64,000 nt of DNA from a virus. The DNA lies in IMG/VR virus record IMGVR_UViG_3300036820_000008, positions 1 to 64,000 of that record, one strand, 5' to 3'. Shown here one piece after another: positions 61,745 to 64,000 of this stretch (its first letter is position 1; each line of letters starts with the position of its first letter). Under the pieces are notes generated by a model that worked only from the letters and a program-made list of their open reading frames with translations, made no database searches and was not told the origin of the DNA. The position numbers and the translations under genes were made by a program.

Positions 61745-62944
61745 ATGGAGCAGATAAACAAGAAGCTGTTTAACTGGGCTTCTATTCTCGAGGATGGTGC
61801 CCGGGAACAGACGATCCGAACAGCAAGCATGCCGTTCATACACCCGCATGTGGCCGTCATGGCCGATGCTCACTGGGGCAGAGGAGCAACCGTAGGGTCG
61901 GTTATTCCGACGGTCGGGGCGATCATTCCAGCGGCCGTGGGAGTAGATATCGGGTGCGGGATGATAGCGCACAGGACATCGCTGACGGCCGAAGATCTGG
62001 CCGATCCTGTGATTCGCCGCAGGATCCGCGAGGAGATCGAGCGCTGTATCCCGCTGTCTATGGGGATGTACAATCAGAGCCTCTGGGATCACAAGACAGA
62101 GCGTCGCGTCCAGGAGCTCGAGTCGATATCTGGGGCGGCGGATGCGAATGAGATCGCAGATTGGACCATGCAGATTGGATCTCTCGGGTCAGGTAACCAC
62201 TTCATCGAGATCAGCATCGACGAAGAGGACCGTATCTGGCTGTTTCTGCACTCAGGTTCCAGGGGCGTCGGCAACAAGCTGGCGATGAGGCACATCAAGA
62301 TCGCCCAGGAGTTCTGCGAACGGTACTGGATTGATCTTCCTGATCCCGACCTTGCGTATCTGGTCGAGGGGACGCCTGAGTTCGACAACTATCTGAGGTG
62401 TCTCACCTGGGCGCAGCATTTCGCTCTGCTCAATCGGGAGGAGATGATGCACAGGGTAGAGGAATCTGTCTATCACGTCACCGGCAGGAACTGGTTCGTC
62501 GACGAGCGCGTCAACTGCCACCACAACTACACCGAGCAGATGAGCGGCGAGCTGATCGCCAAGTGGAAGTACCCCAAGGGGCGTAAGGGGCACATATGGC
62601 TCTCCCGTAAGGGTGCCATCGATGCCACCGAAGGCAGGCCGGGGCTGATTCCTGGATCGATGGGGACGCGCTCGTATGTCGTCGAGGGCAAGGGGAACCT
62701 GCTCTCGCTCAACTCGTCTCCGCACGGGGCGGGGCGTGAGTACAGCCGTTCTGCGGCCAAGAAGACGTTCACACGCGCGCAGCTCGACGAGGCGATGATC
62801 GGCATCGAGTGGCGGCATAGCGATGCCTTCCTGGACGAGATTCCACAGGCATACAAGGACATCGACGTAGTGATGAATGATGCATCGGATCTAGTCCGCA
62901 TCAGGCACACTTTGCGTCAGATCATCAATGTCAAAGGAGACTGA
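61745..62944 (+). CDS. rtcB: RtcB RNA 3'-phosphate ligase
   Basis: MADAH.G.G..VG, VGVDIGCG, GSLGSGNHFIE, LHSGSRG, HHNY, RKGA, IPGSMG, HGAGR, DEIP.AYK. Confidence 0.97.
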   Translation: MEQINKKLFNWASILEDGAREQTIRTASMPFIHPHVAVMADAHWGRGATVGSVIPTVGAIIPAAVGVDIGCGMIAHRTSLTAEDLADPVIRRRIREEIERCIPLSMGMYNQSLWDHKTERRVQELESISGAADANEIADWTMQIGSLGSGNHFIEISIDEEDRIWLFLHSGSRGVGNKLAMRHIKIAQEFCERYWIDLPDPDLAYLVEGTPEFDNYLRCLTWAQHFALLNREEMMHRVEESVYHVTGRNWFVDERVNCHHNYTEQMSGELIAKWKYPKGRKGHIWLSRKGAIDATEGRPGLIPGSMGTRSYVVEGKGNLLSLNSSPHGAGREYSRSAAKKTFTRAQLDEAMIGIEWRHSDAFLDEIPQAYKDIDVVMNDASDLVRIRHTLRQIINVKGD

Positions 62945-63133
62945 TATGACCAGCAAAGAGGCGACGGAGTTTCTCGTCGAGCACGGGGAGTCTTTCACCT
63001 GGGCGCTGGCCGTCGTCAGCGACGCCCGGTTCGACGGCACCGCCAACCTGCTCAAGTGGGACATCGCGTACGACGATGAGAAACAGTTCACGATAACCCC
63101 ACGCGAATACGCCGTGAGAGATGGTGCCAGAGA

Positions 63134-63643
63134 ATGAACATTCAACCACAGCCATATGTAGATCCGGAGCTATTCATTACGCAGCGGTTCGCGGAGGAAG
63201 AGTATCTCATCAATCGATGCGGTGGCCTGCTCGACTCCGGAACGATATACGAGCTTGTAGATGATCTGCGCCACTTCCTATGGCGTGGCAAGCCGATATC
63301 CGAAGATAGCATCCTGTACATTTCGCATTTCCGGCCGCATCGTATGGCGCTTGAATATGAGGCCAAGAAGGCGCTGATGCGTCGTCACGAGATGCGTCTG
63401 GTCGATCGTAATCCGGCGAAGCGAATGTGCTCTCACTGTACGATTCTGCACGATGCTCATGGCGATGGCGGGTGGGAGCCGTGGCCCTGCGAAGACATTC
63501 GGATCATGATGTCCGTATGGTCTGATCACCCCGACTATCGCAAGATGATGATGTCGGTCGGCGCTATTCGTGCAGAGGACCCCGTGAGGCCAGAGAATCC
63601 TGCCCAGAGTCGTATGAAATGGAACGGGAGCGGAGTAACGTGA
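63134..63643 (+). CDS. DUF6221-like protein
   Basis: EAK...RRH...CxxC...WPC....HPDYR. Confidence 0.55.
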   Translation: MNIQPQPYVDPELFITQRFAEEEYLINRCGGLLDSGTIYELVDDLRHFLWRGKPISEDSILYISHFRPHRMALEYEAKKALMRRHEMRLVDRNPAKRMCSHCTILHDAHGDGGWEPWPCEDIRIMMSVWSDHPDYRKMMMSVGAIRAEDPVRPENPAQSRMKWNGSGVT

Positions 63644-64000
63644 GTCTACGGGGCTTCATGTTCGAGCCTGTCTGTGTTGTGCACGGCCCGATGAGATTCA
63701 AGATCGAGGGCTGCTGGTTTTTGTGCAATGGGTGGGATGGATCCCCCTGCTGTGCGCTGTCGTCTGAACAGGTAGCAGATAACCCGGCCGCCTATGCCAG
63801 AGTCAGGCCTTCTGCGGATAGTCACCGGTCTATTCACGGTTACGTTATGGCGATACCAGAAGAATCACCTGCAGGACTTTCCGCTGATATGTACACGGAG
63901 GGTTCTGCGCACCCATAACTTTCAGCTAATTACCGCTATTTACCTGCGGAAATAATTCTGGCCTTATACCTTGCACGCCCTTTCGGCTGACCGCTTAGCT

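Noticed and set aside
1-64000. Integrase, reverse transcriptase/DGR, transposase, or PurZ/Que modification genes
   Set aside because: No ORF with the diagnostic motifs was recognised in this window.

Overview
A 64-kb segment of a GC-rich tailed dsDNA phage (or prophage-like genome) that probably infects a filamentous actinomycete; DUF397, Rpf-like and PASTA proteins point to this host. Layout: (1) 1-5.5 kb, end of the rightward virion/lysis module (Gly-rich LamG tail protein, membrane proteins, endolysin). (2) 5.6-58.3 kb, a long, mostly leftward arm. It carries a DnaE polymerase split into two genes, a nucleotide-metabolism cluster (Nmad1/DUF1599-like, SAM methyltransferase, DEDD exonuclease, cupin, MazG, variant ThyX, variant HIT, FAD oxidoreductase), and SSB/AAA/Cas4-like recombination genes. 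It also carries a region of three tRNAs with many closed-stem RNAs and secreted proteins, then an SNF2 helicase, ParB, primase-helicase, RuvC-like resolvase and many small genes. (3) From 59.9 kb, a rightward block that includes RtcB. The most unusual signals seen directly in the DNA are: 70-90 nt islands completely lacking CA/TG at promoters that use TAGCGN in place of TTGACA; a dispersed 18-bp motif; tRNA-flanking hairpin RNAs ending in NCCA-like tails; a T-arm-only mini-tRNA; and a 32-bp triple repeat tied to inverted paralogs. All family assignments come from recognising motifs by eye, not from database searches.
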